From Candidatus Nanosyncoccaceae bacterium (GTDB taxonomy: Bacteria; Patescibacteriota; Saccharimonadia; Saccharimonadales; Saccharimonadaceae), in contig JBJFFO010000010.1 in the NCBI GenBank assembly GCA_051891815.1, positions 16,207 to 80,206 on the forward strand: a DNA stretch of 64,000 nt, written 5' to 3'. Of the stretch, positions 26,047 through 35,174 are shown one piece after another. Made by a program: the position numbers and the translations under genes. Numbering within the stretch: the first letter of the stretch is position 1; each line of letters opens with the position of its first letter. Under the pieces are notes generated by a model, which worked only from the letters and a program-made list of their open reading frames with translations, was not told the DNA's origin and made no database searches.

Positions 26047-26294
26047 GTGCTAATTATAACATTTAAGCTTGATATATTAATGCAGGTAGGTAAAGTATGA
26101 ATCTAAGATAATAATGCTAGAAAAATAAAGTTATGGATGAAATAGGTGAGATCTATATTCAAAATAAGATAATAAAAATATCCCCTGACGCTCTCTCGAG
26201 CCGGGGGTGTGCGGGTAATCCCGAATATGTATCCATTATGTCGAAATAGGCGTAAAATGTCAACTTTCGAAAATCGGAGACTAGTTCAAGACCA

Positions 26295-26325
26295 TTAAAA
26301 ACCCGCCCCATTTCGGGGCGGGTTT
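26295..26325 (-). terminator. rho-independent terminator after 26407-27381
   Basis: Stem acccgcccc/ggggcgggt, loop atttc. The minus strand continues with TTTTT. Confidence 0.65.
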
Positions 26326-26406
26326 GTCGTAAAGCCGCGACGATAAACTACAAGTAATTAACTAGACTAGCGCACCAAAACTATACTAAGAAACCAAACA
26401 GCGTGT

Positions 26407-27381
26407 TTACGTTTGCGGTCTCACCAAGTCTCCACGTTTCAAGTGCATGACAGCCCAGGCGATGTGCTCGCGGAACTTAAATTCCAGCTGGCGGCCGCGG
26501 TAATTCGAAGCCGCAGAAGTACGCAGAAAGTCGACATAGTCGGCCTTCAGGCTCGGTCCAAAGTTCAGCTTGTAATCCTCGAACAGATTCAGACCTCGTC
26601 CACAGTGATGGTTTGGCGCCACGCCTACCGGCACAAACTCGAAATCGCTAACCTTTGCAGCATGAAGCGCAGTTGCAAGCAGTGTCATGGTTTGCGGCTC
26701 AATGCGTACGCGATCGTTCAGCTCGTCCTCACTACGGAAGATTGTCGCTTGACGCGTCGCAGTCGGCGCTACCCAAATCACGCAGTGTCCCGCCTTCGCC
26801 GCCTCTGCCACCTTTTTGGTGTAGTGATTGTTTAGCAAAAACGCCAGCGATTGCAGGTAGGTTTTCTCGGTCTTGTTTACGTTCTTGCTAATCTTCTCCA
26901 GCGTACTTGGCGTCAAAATCGGCACCAATGTAATCCCCAGTTGTGACAGTAGCTCCGCTCGTGGCGCCAGTGCCTCATACCAAGGCAAATTCACTGGAAA
27001 CAGGGAAGTTCTGTCGTCGAAATACTTCAGATGCACGTACACAAAACGCGCAATCTCGCCCAGCGACGGATGATTAAAACCCATCACGAGGCAGCTCGCA
27101 TCGCGGTCGAGGTTGCCCGAAATCTTGCACGGCGCACCCCAAGCCAACATACTCGCTAGTTTTTTGCGCATCTTACGAATGTTGCGATACTTCTTGGTGC
27201 CACCCGCCATTGCGCGCGCCAGCCAGAGCACTGCTCGACAAATCAGCCCCATTCCGCGCATCTCGGCGCGGAGTTTTGCGCTGTGTGCGGCTTTTAGAGC
27301 CGAGAATTCTTCATTCTCGAGTCCGCGAACCAGATTTTCAATCGGCATACTCGCCAGTTGTCGAATAGTAACATCACTCAT
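26407..27381 (-). CDS. hypothetical protein, possibly PlsC-like acyltransferase
   Basis: 324 aa. GFNHPSLGE (an H-x4-E variant of the H-x4-D motif) and VAPTATRQ (FPEGTR-like). GC-rich (34/60 counted at 26701-26760). The functional call is weak. Confidence 0.6.
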   Translation of the reverse strand: MSDVTIRQLASMPIENLVRGLENEEFSALKAAHSAKLRAEMRGMGLICRAVLWLARAMAGGTKKYRNIRKMRKKLASMLAWGAPCKISGNLDRDASCLVMGFNHPSLGEIARFVYVHLKYFDDRTSLFPVNLPWYEALAPRAELLSQLGITLVPILTPSTLEKISKNVNKTEKTYLQSLAFLLNNHYTKKVAEAAKAGHCVIWVAPTATRQATIFRSEDELNDRVRIEPQTMTLLATALHAAKVSDFEFVPVGVAPNHHCGRGLNLFEDYKLNFGPSLKADYVDFLRTSAASNYRGRQLEFKFREHIAWAVMHLKRGDLVRPQT

Positions 27382-27535
27382 AAAAATTCCCCCTCAAAAT
27401 ATTGCTATAGTCGCCTAAAAAGCGACCATCCAATGTTATTATAGCACAAACGTAATAAAAAATCAAGTTATATATGCTTCGCGTCTAAAAAAACTGGACA
27501 AAAGACCGCATTAGCGTTACTATATACCTAACCGT

Positions 27536-27610
27536 TGGGGATTCGCCAAGCGGTAAGGCAGTGGGTTCTGGTCCCACCATTCGGGGGTTCGAATCCCTCA
27601 TCCCCAGCCA
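27536..27610 (+). tRNA. tRNA-Gln: tRNA-Gln (anticodon CUG), CCA encoded
   Basis: Hand-folded: acceptor tggggat/atcccca (U1-A72), D arm gcc-aagcggtaa-ggc, anticodon arm gtggg-ttCTGgt-cccac, T arm ggggg-ttcgaat-ccctc, then g and cca. Confidence 0.9.
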
Positions 27611-27611
27611 T

Positions 27612-27653
27612 GAAAGATAAAAAACACCCGTCAGGGTGTATTTTTTATCTTTC
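27612..27653 (+). terminator. long hairpin terminator after tRNA-Gln
   Basis: gaaagataaaaaacaccc-gtca-gggtgtattttttatctttc. Confidence 0.65.
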
Positions 27654-28123
27654 ATATTCTGTAAGAATGGGTTCGCCCCACATAGAAGTGCGCTAATCAT
27701 TGGCAAATACAAAGAATATTATAAAGTGCAACTAGCGAAATGAGAAAACAGTTAAAGTATTGCATAATATTAGAAATTATTTTTGCAATTTTATGCGTCA
27801 CGATAAATGGCGCAATAAATTTCTTCCATATCAGTATAAATAAGATGGAAATAGTGGTCTACAATACTATTGAGACTTACGGCAACACTATGCGCAAGGG
27901 GCACGAAAATTATTAAGAAGGATGGGGTTAATGGCGAGAAGGTGGATACTAATTTGGTTTTTTAAAAATATATTCGGCGATGAAGTTAGGCGGACTAGAG
28001 AGTCGACAAAAGTAGTAAAGTATCGAGCTGGTTTTAAGATGAGCATAGATAATATGTTGCCTCGATAATGGCTTAACTAATAGCTATATATCCGTATTTT
28101 TTTGCCCATTATATAATAAAGTC

Positions 28124-30169
28124 ATGAATGAAAAGCTTCCTCAAACAAGTGAGTCCAGTAATATCTCTTCGCAATGGAATACATTAACGCCGCCAGAAGA
28201 TAGCCTAGCAGATTTAGAGTCCACAGATGTGTCGCCTGACGAAGACATCCATGAGACTCCGGGACAGCAAAACGAACATTTGCCGGGTATTAGCAACTAT
28301 CTCGACCTTCTTTATAACCCCAAAGCATTTAAGCAGGCCGGTTTTGAATATGCCAATGAGTATTCTACTGATGCTAGCATCTCGACGAAAGCTATTATCT
28401 TATGGGATGACGCTAATGAGACTTTTAAAGAGGCGTTACTCGACAATGATCCTGATTTTTACGCATCCGACGAATTCCAGGATATAGCTCAGATTATCCA
28501 TGACACTGTTGCTAGTAGAACCATTGAACTTGATGGTGAAACTTTCTTCTCGGGTTTCGCAAATAATACGATTATGCGAAGCGAAGTTTCTCGCGAGCGG
28601 CTTCTGCGACATCTTTACTCGCCTGAAGAAGCCGATAGGCATCTTGAAAATATTGAGGCGGAAAACCAAAAATATGAACGAAAAGTTGCTTCTATCGAGG
28701 CGAAATTCGACCATGATAAAAAACTTTCACAAGCCGAGCTTGATTTTCTTGCGGATTATATTTATAGCGGCCGCAATTTCGACGATGCTCGCGCCGATAA
28801 GTTTATGGCCTATATTTTTAATCGAATCGAGAAGGATGAAAAGCTACAAACTTCCGTGCCGATTGTGAGCGCTATAACTAATTATTGCGTCGAAAACTTT
28901 CAAGGTGCCGAAGGAGTTAATTTAACTACGAGATTCTTTGTCTCGGATTTTGATGGAACCCCAGGCGATCTTAATGACTGTATTGCTTGTCGCAATGGCG
29001 CTCGCTGCGTAATAGGTCGAGAATTTTGCGTCGGTCATCCTCTCGCCTGTAGTGAATCGCTGGAAAAGAGAAGCAAGGCGACCGATCCTTATAGTATTAT
29101 GCATATCGCCTTCCATGAACTCGAGCATGTTCGCCAAGAATTGGGTTTCCGAGACGGTGACAGCTCACGGGCGGCAGTATCTGGAGCGCTACTAAATATT
29201 CTAAGAAGCAATAACAGGTCATGCATCTACGATGGCGTCGAATTAATTGGTGAAGGCTCGTACTACGACATAAATCATGATGCGGATGAAGCTGAAATTG
29301 ACGCGGATGAAGAAGGCTGGAGGCAATCCGCAATCGTACTGAGTAGGTTATCCAAAAAATACAAGCCAAAAAGCATCGCAAGGAGAAAAGAGTGCAGTGA
29401 AAAATATAAAAAATGCCTAAAAAACATGTATGGGACGCATGCTCGTCGCATGTTTTCGCGAAAATTCGACGAAGATGGCCATCTATTTGCAAACAATGAA
29501 TATAACGCACTGACATTATCAAAAAATATTGCGGAGAATCCAGATATTTTGCAGGAATATCCAGTGTTCCAAAAGTATTTCGATGACAAAGGAAATGTTA
29601 AGGTGGCCTTTTTGTTCGACAACCAACTTGCTTCATCGACCGAACAGGGTATTGAAGGGCGAAGAGATGATTTTGGCATTGATTTAGGCTCTTATATTTT
29701 TAGTAATCCTGAAGAATATGATAAGTTAATTGACTATATTCTTGAAAATCCGATGAAACCAGTCCAAACGCGTTGCTTTGAACAAAATATATGTAATATC
29801 TTGTATCGTGACTTAATGGACGTTCGCTGCTTAGACTCTGTCGATTTTAACTTTTATGACGGAACTCACACGTGGCATTCTGGCGACCAGCAAAGTATTA
29901 AGAGTGAAGTATTAAATGGACACTTGATAAAACTTTACAAATGCATGACCGCGGCGCATATTGCTAAGAAGCAAAATCCGGGCAACATAAGCTTTATTTG
30001 CGACCCAACTAACTATTACTTAACCACATACTTTACTCGCTTACGTAGGTCTGGTTGTAGGCTTGATGACGCTGATGCTTGCCTAGCCGTCACGCATCTT
30101 AAAGAAATCAAAGGTAATCCGACGATACAATATATTATTAACGAGATTAAGAAAGATATAAAATCTTAA
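28124..30169 (+). CDS. large HExxH (zincin-like) protein, divergent paralogue of 2195-4378
   Basis: 681 aa. AFHELEHVRQ (aa 330-339), INHDADEAEIDADEEGWRQ, YIYSGRNFDDARADKFMAYIF and LQEYPVFQKYFDDKGN each align with blocks in the 727-aa protein. Confidence 0.8.
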   Translation: MNEKLPQTSESSNISSQWNTLTPPEDSLADLESTDVSPDEDIHETPGQQNEHLPGISNYLDLLYNPKAFKQAGFEYANEYSTDASISTKAIILWDDANETFKEALLDNDPDFYASDEFQDIAQIIHDTVASRTIELDGETFFSGFANNTIMRSEVSRERLLRHLYSPEEADRHLENIEAENQKYERKVASIEAKFDHDKKLSQAELDFLADYIYSGRNFDDARADKFMAYIFNRIEKDEKLQTSVPIVSAITNYCVENFQGAEGVNLTTRFFVSDFDGTPGDLNDCIACRNGARCVIGREFCVGHPLACSESLEKRSKATDPYSIMHIAFHELEHVRQELGFRDGDSSRAAVSGALLNILRSNNRSCIYDGVELIGEGSYYDINHDADEAEIDADEEGWRQSAIVLSRLSKKYKPKSIARRKECSEKYKKCLKNMYGTHARRMFSRKFDEDGHLFANNEYNALTLSKNIAENPDILQEYPVFQKYFDDKGNVKVAFLFDNQLASSTEQGIEGRRDDFGIDLGSYIFSNPEEYDKLIDYILENPMKPVQTRCFEQNICNILYRDLMDVRCLDSVDFNFYDGTHTWHSGDQQSIKSEVLNGHLIKLYKCMTAAHIAKKQNPGNISFICDPTNYYLTTYFTRLRRSGCRLDDADACLAVTHLKEIKGNPTIQYIINEIKKDIKS

Positions 30170-30193
30170 AATTAATCTGTTACAATAGAGGAC

Positions 30194-31837
30194 ATGCGAG
30201 CTCGACATATCGCGCTATCTTTTGGTGACCAAAAAATCTACGACGACTGTAGTTTTCATTTTGATGCTAGTGATAAAGTTGGCATTGTTGGCGTCAATGG
30301 CGCTGGCAAATCCACGCTTTTTAAGGTGATTCTTGGTCAGCAAAAACTCGATGATGGCGAGATTGAGCTCCCGTCTTTGCGCCTTGGCTATCTGCCACAG
30401 GAAATCAAAATCGACGAAGCGCATGCCGACATTACCGTCTGGGATTACATTGCGATGGCGCGTCCGGTTGATGAGCTTCAAGAGCAACTCAACCAAGAAT
30501 ATGAAAAACTCGCCAAATACCCCGAATCTGGCGCCATTCTTGATCGCATCAACAAGCTTCAGGATCTAATCGACTCATATAATGTTGCGGATTTTGATCA
30601 CGAGCTGCTTAAAATTGTCGAGAAAATGAACCTGCAGGATATTATGGACCGCAAAATGCGCCAGTTGTCTGGTGGCCAAAAGTCTAAAGTCGCCTTCGCG
30701 CGCGTACTTTTTGAAAACGCTGGCCTACTGCTCCTTGACGAGCCGACCAATCACCTCGACGTCGAGACTAAGTCCTTTGTTGCTAACTACCTGCGCAACT
30801 ACAACGGCATGGTGCTAGTTATTTCGCACGATGTTGATTTTCTCAACACCGTCACCAATAAGATTCTTTTCGTCAATAAAACTACTCACAAAACCAAGGT
30901 TTATCACGGTAATTACGCCGTTTTTCGTCGCCAATATGCCAAAGAAAAAGCCGACCAGGATGCGCGCATTAGCGAGCAGGAGCGTGAGATTAAGCGCATT
31001 CAGGAATTTGTCGACCGCGCTCGCGCCGCCAAGCGTAGTAATACGGCACTCATTCGCCAAGGCCATGTGCGCGAAAAGATGCTTGCTCGCAAACTCGCCG
31101 AGCTTGAGACGCGCGAGCAAGAATATCAGCGCGTTTCTATCAATATCTCGCCCAACAAGCAATCGGGCAAAACGCCGCTCGAGGTCCAAAAGCTCAGCTT
31201 CGCCTACCCGAGCAAAGATCCGCTCTATCAAGATCTCTCCTTCAGCCTCACACGTGGCGAAAAATTCCTCATTGTAGGCGAAAACGGCATTGGCAAATCC
31301 ACGCTGCTCAAACTCATCATGGGCGAACTTACGCCTAGCGCTGGTAGTATTCTAACCAGCCAAAACACCACAATTTCCTACTACGCGCAGGAGCTCGAAG
31401 TGCTTGACGAGCGTAAAACTGTTCTCGAAAACGTCCGCAGCTATGATTTTACCGACACCGACATGCGTTCTATCCTCAGTAATTTCCTCTTTAGCGGCGA
31501 CGACGTTAATAAGCGCGTCTCTGTGTTATCTCCGGGCGAAAAAGCCCGCGTTGCGCTCTGTAAAATTCTCACCAAGCGCGCCAATCTTGTAATTCTGGAC
31601 GAGCCAACCAACCATTTCGATCCCGAAACCCAAAAAATCATCGGCGAGAACTTCAAGGATTACAGCGGTACCGTGCTGATGGTAAGTCACAGCCCATCCT
31701 TCGTCGAGCAAGTCGGCATTACGCGTATGCTGGTACTGCCGAGCCATGAAAAAGACCAGCTCCCGCAGGCGCTGATCAAAAACTACTCGCGCGAGCTGCT
31801 TGATTATTACTATTACCTCAACTCAGAGCTAGTCTAG
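30194..31837 (+). CDS. ABC-F family ATPase (two ABC cassettes, no TM domain)
   Basis: 547 aa. GVNGAGKSTLF/LSGGQKSKV/LLLLDEPTNHLD and GENGIGKSTLL/LSPGEKARV/LVILDEPTNHFD, separated by a charged linker. Confidence 0.9.
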   Translation: MRARHIALSFGDQKIYDDCSFHFDASDKVGIVGVNGAGKSTLFKVILGQQKLDDGEIELPSLRLGYLPQEIKIDEAHADITVWDYIAMARPVDELQEQLNQEYEKLAKYPESGAILDRINKLQDLIDSYNVADFDHELLKIVEKMNLQDIMDRKMRQLSGGQKSKVAFARVLFENAGLLLLDEPTNHLDVETKSFVANYLRNYNGMVLVISHDVDFLNTVTNKILFVNKTTHKTKVYHGNYAVFRRQYAKEKADQDARISEQEREIKRIQEFVDRARAAKRSNTALIRQGHVREKMLARKLAELETREQEYQRVSINISPNKQSGKTPLEVQKLSFAYPSKDPLYQDLSFSLTRGEKFLIVGENGIGKSTLLKLIMGELTPSAGSILTSQNTTISYYAQELEVLDERKTVLENVRSYDFTDTDMRSILSNFLFSGDDVNKRVSVLSPGEKARVALCKILTKRANLVILDEPTNHFDPETQKIIGENFKDYSGTVLMVSHSPSFVEQVGITRMLVLPSHEKDQLPQALIKNYSRELLDYYYYLNSELV

Positions 31838-31864
31838 AAGGACCTTATCTGCTAAACTCGTATC

Positions 31865-32527
31865 ATGAAACGCACCCCTGTTATTTTTCTGCTTGTTATC
31901 ATAGCCTGTCTATTTGTTGCTAGCGGTCTGCATTTTCTCGACGACTACACTAAGCCCATCGCTTATGCGGCTATCGATCCCAAGACCATTCCGGACGGCG
32001 ATAATGTTTGGTATATTGGCGATTCTTACTCGGACAACACTTATATGCGTGCCAAAATTAACGAAACTTTCGGCGATATTTTTGTCGATGTTCAGAGTGG
32101 CAAACGTTTCGCGCGTGATCTTGCGGGCAATCCTGCCGGCACTACGCTACTGCGCAAATACGTCGCCACCGGCCGCAAGCCTACCTATCTCATTTATGAA
32201 TTAGATACTAATGACAGCGACTTGAGCTCTGCTGAGGCTGCGCAAGAGATCGCCGAACTGCGCGAAATTCTTGGGAGCGATACTTATATCATCTTGATGA
32301 CTGCACATTCCATCGCTTACGATAACGATGCTTTTAATAGTGCCGTCTGGCGCGCCGCGGCGAATGACGACCGCATTCTGGTCGCCGACTGGCAGGGCGC
32401 AATTCAGAGGCAAGAAACTACCTATATTTCAAGTGATTTACTCCATCCAAACCAGGCTGGTCATGACCTTCTAATTCAGTTGTTCAAAGAGCAACTCGAC
32501 ATCGCCGCGGAACTGGCCAAAAGCTAG
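31865..32527 (+). CDS. SGNH/GDSL-family hydrolase, N-terminally anchored
   Basis: 220 aa. Signal/anchor helix, WYIGDSYSDN (block I) and DLLHPNQAGH (block V). Confidence 0.75.
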   Translation: MKRTPVIFLLVIIACLFVASGLHFLDDYTKPIAYAAIDPKTIPDGDNVWYIGDSYSDNTYMRAKINETFGDIFVDVQSGKRFARDLAGNPAGTTLLRKYVATGRKPTYLIYELDTNDSDLSSAEAAQEIAELREILGSDTYIILMTAHSIAYDNDAFNSAVWRAAANDDRILVADWQGAIQRQETTYISSDLLHPNQAGHDLLIQLFKEQLDIAAELAKS

Positions 32528-32634
32528 CCAGCGGGCGCATAACTTGCAAAAAACGCAAAAGTGTGCTATAATATAATAGTTACCTCTCCTTTTTGGTGGA
32601 ATGTAACGAACTTTAGGAAAGGAGGTCATTTTTC

Positions 32635-33855
32635 ATGGGAGATAGAAAAATGACAAAAGTGGTTCTAATGCCTCTTATCGAGACATTTAGTGACCCGGTG
32701 GAATTTGCGCGCGTATTTAAGAATCACGCTGCAACTGAGCAAGTTAGTGCACGTGCTGCGAGTGCGAAGTTGATCGAGGATTACTTCGCAAATGTGAGCG
32801 ATTATATGCAGGAAGGGCAGGAGGCACACGATGCCTACCTTGCGCTGACAGAAATTGCCAGTCAAAACGACGCCAATGCAAGGCTAGCGCTTTATATGCC
32901 GCTCAACTTCGTTTACGGAGGTTGGGATGATGTAAATAAGGCTTATCAGCAAGCATGGCTCAAGTTACTCGACTATTTAGATGTTCGCGAGTGCTTCAAC
33001 CTCGGCGACGTCTATGAACGCGAAGCTAGCGAAGGCGATTACGAGTATGTCATCAAGTGCTTGCATCTGCTTCCTTGGCTAATTGAGGAAGAGGTCGTAA
33101 GTCCAGAGCAGCTCTTTATGCTACTGGATGCGCACGAGAATCAGCCGATTTTCGCAAGTTGCGTGTATGATTGCCTCGAAGTTTTCGAAGACTGGGGCTG
33201 TCTAAGCGAAAAAGATCTGCTAGAGCTCAAAAGTCGCTATATGCGCTTCGATTATCAGCGTCCAAAGCAGATTCTGAAGAGCTGTACAACCGCTCGAAAA
33301 GACTGGCGCGAAGAATATTTGCGCTCTGTCGACGAAACGCCAGTAACGCTACGCAATATCACGTCGCCGTTTAAGCCAAATCTCATGGCAATGAGCGACG
33401 TGTTCGAAGCGGTATCTCAACAACTCGAACCCGGCCAGGTGGCACTAGTTGGCGGTTCACGCGTCAAAGGTTATAGCTCAGACAACTCCGACTATGACAT
33501 TTGGTATTTTCAGCTTGAGGAGCTCGACCATGTCGATCCTGCGCTGGCGCACTATATCTTCGACACTTTCTGGGTTAGCAAAGATCCGGACATCGAAGCC
33601 AAGCGCGCTGCTATTGCCGAGAAATACATGGCGCTACCGAAAGATTCGGAGCAGTACCGCGACTGCCTGATTCGCATCGAGTCTGATCTGTTACAGTTCC
33701 GTCTGATGCATAAGGGCTTTCCGTATGCGTATGGTTCCGATCTGTCTAAGCCTCTGCAGAAGTATAAAGACATTGATGGTGGCAGTGCCTTCTACGATGT
33801 GCGCTATCGCCGTGTGGCATCGATACTCTATAGCAGATACGTCTATATTCCATAA
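32635..33855 (+). CDS. hypothetical protein with C-terminal Pol-beta-type nucleotidyltransferase motif
   Basis: 406 aa. LVGGSRVKGYSSDNSDYDIWYF fits hG[GS]x9-13Dh[DE]h. About 260 aa of N-terminal helical region are unassigned. AGGAGG RBS. Confidence 0.7.
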   Translation: MGDRKMTKVVLMPLIETFSDPVEFARVFKNHAATEQVSARAASAKLIEDYFANVSDYMQEGQEAHDAYLALTEIASQNDANARLALYMPLNFVYGGWDDVNKAYQQAWLKLLDYLDVRECFNLGDVYEREASEGDYEYVIKCLHLLPWLIEEEVVSPEQLFMLLDAHENQPIFASCVYDCLEVFEDWGCLSEKDLLELKSRYMRFDYQRPKQILKSCTTARKDWREEYLRSVDETPVTLRNITSPFKPNLMAMSDVFEAVSQQLEPGQVALVGGSRVKGYSSDNSDYDIWYFQLEELDHVDPALAHYIFDTFWVSKDPDIEAKRAAIAEKYMALPKDSEQYRDCLIRIESDLLQFRLMHKGFPYAYGSDLSKPLQKYKDIDGGSAFYDVRYRRVASILYSRYVYIP

Positions 33856-33943
33856 TCCTAAAAATTCCCCAGCCACTCTGGCTGGGGTTTTTGATGCATA
33901 AAAAACGGGGCCCCTGGTGGAGCCCCTTTGGTTAATGGAAAGA

Positions 33944-35161
33944 TTAAAGGACGCTACTGCCGCCAAAGCTGGTAGTGTGGCTCGGAGTTGACAATCCCAG
34001 CTGGCTCCAGTTAATCTGGCGACCCAGCTGCCATAGGGCGCTGAGATACTGCATCTCATTGCCGACGGCATTCTCGTTGAACTTGAGAAAACTCATCACG
34101 AAACGCACGATGCACTGTTCCTGACGCGTATAGGCCGAATTAATGTTCAGACCCAGCATCTTCAGCATCTGTTCGCGGTTTCCAGCGCCAATCTGAGCCG
34201 GCAGCGACGGATCCGTCAGAGCTTCGTTGATTTTCTTGGCATCATAGGCTAACGCGGCCGATACTAAAACACCATAGTTATTGAAAACGTGGTTAATCTT
34301 GTCTTTCAGATCATCGCAGGCGCTCGAAACCATGTCAAAAGGCGGCATGGTCGCACCAAATCCGCCCATTCCTTGACCGCTAACGATGGCCATGAAAGTT
34401 GCCGGATTCGAAATTACCGCCTGTGAAGAATCATACCAGGCGTCCAGCGCCTCGAAAGCAGACTTGATCGCCGGCCACATTTCTGTGTCGACCTTCTTCA
34501 GGAATTTTGCGCGGCGTTCCTTTGTTGCTACACTTCTGATATCCACGCCGTCCAGCGCGCCAAAAATCTCGGCATAGTCGCGGCGGGTAATCATATTGCG
34601 AATCTTGAAGAAATCTGCCGTAATCGGCTCATCCAGGGACTCCGCATACTCCTCCAGCTTTTTCAGCAGAATGTCGGGAACGTTGTAAAGTCCGCAGCGG
34701 TGTGCCATAGCGGCGCGAATCGCCCCGATGTAGGTTGAATCAACTACTTTCAGCACGCCGCCCGTCTTCAGCGACTCCATCCAAGAGCCTTCGTCGGGCA
34801 AAGCCGGCAAAACGCCATCCATATTGAAGGTCGCCATCGGCGCAACCGCCGGTCTCGCCTCAGTTTTCGGAGCTTCCGGCTCGGCGTTCTTGAAGGACTT
34901 CAGGAGCTTGCGCGCCTGTACCAGCTTCAAACCAGCCTCAACCAGCTCATCGGCGGTCAAATCCGCCAAATCATTGACTTGTTCAACACCCAACTCAATC
35001 AGGGTGTTCAGCGTTTCGGTGCCACCGCCATACTCGGCCAGAAAGCGCTTCAGATCCGTAATCGGAGTCTTAGCGACCGGCGCGCCGTCGGCAGTTGCGG
35101 TCTCGGGAGTCTTCATCTCGGTAGTTTCGGACATTTCGGTAGTTTTCTTGACTTCGGACAT
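33944..35161 (-). CDS. hypothetical protein: HhH-like N-terminal module plus alpha-helical domain (operon gene 4)
   Basis: 405 aa from the ATG at 35161 (GGAGG RBS; 13 nt after the upstream stop). LIELGVEQVNDLADLTADELVEAGLKLVQARKLLKSF looks like helix-hairpin-helix. The rest is unassigned. Confidence 0.75.
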   Translation of the reverse strand: MSEVKKTTEMSETTEMKTPETATADGAPVAKTPITDLKRFLAEYGGGTETLNTLIELGVEQVNDLADLTADELVEAGLKLVQARKLLKSFKNAEPEAPKTEARPAVAPMATFNMDGVLPALPDEGSWMESLKTGGVLKVVDSTYIGAIRAAMAHRCGLYNVPDILLKKLEEYAESLDEPITADFFKIRNMITRRDYAEIFGALDGVDIRSVATKERRAKFLKKVDTEMWPAIKSAFEALDAWYDSSQAVISNPATFMAIVSGQGMGGFGATMPPFDMVSSACDDLKDKINHVFNNYGVLVSAALAYDAKKINEALTDPSLPAQIGAGNREQMLKMLGLNINSAYTRQEQCIVRFVMSFLKFNENAVGNEMQYLSALWQLGRQINWSQLGLSTPSHTTSFGGSSVL

Positions 35162-35174
35162 AATAATACCTCCA

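Noticed and set aside
26047-26294. AT-rich 250-bp gap checked for CRISPR repeats, a tRNA or a small RNA
   Set aside because: I found only short chance repeats (aagataataa twice) and one weak hairpin. There is no repeat-spacer periodicity and no cloverleaf.
27536-33943. Possible second tRNA-bounded island starting at tRNA-Gln
   Set aside because: I found no second copy of the tRNA-Gln 3' end in any intergenic gap downstream. Genes from 30194 onward (ABC-F, SGNH hydrolase) look like core genes. An island cannot be supported by eye.
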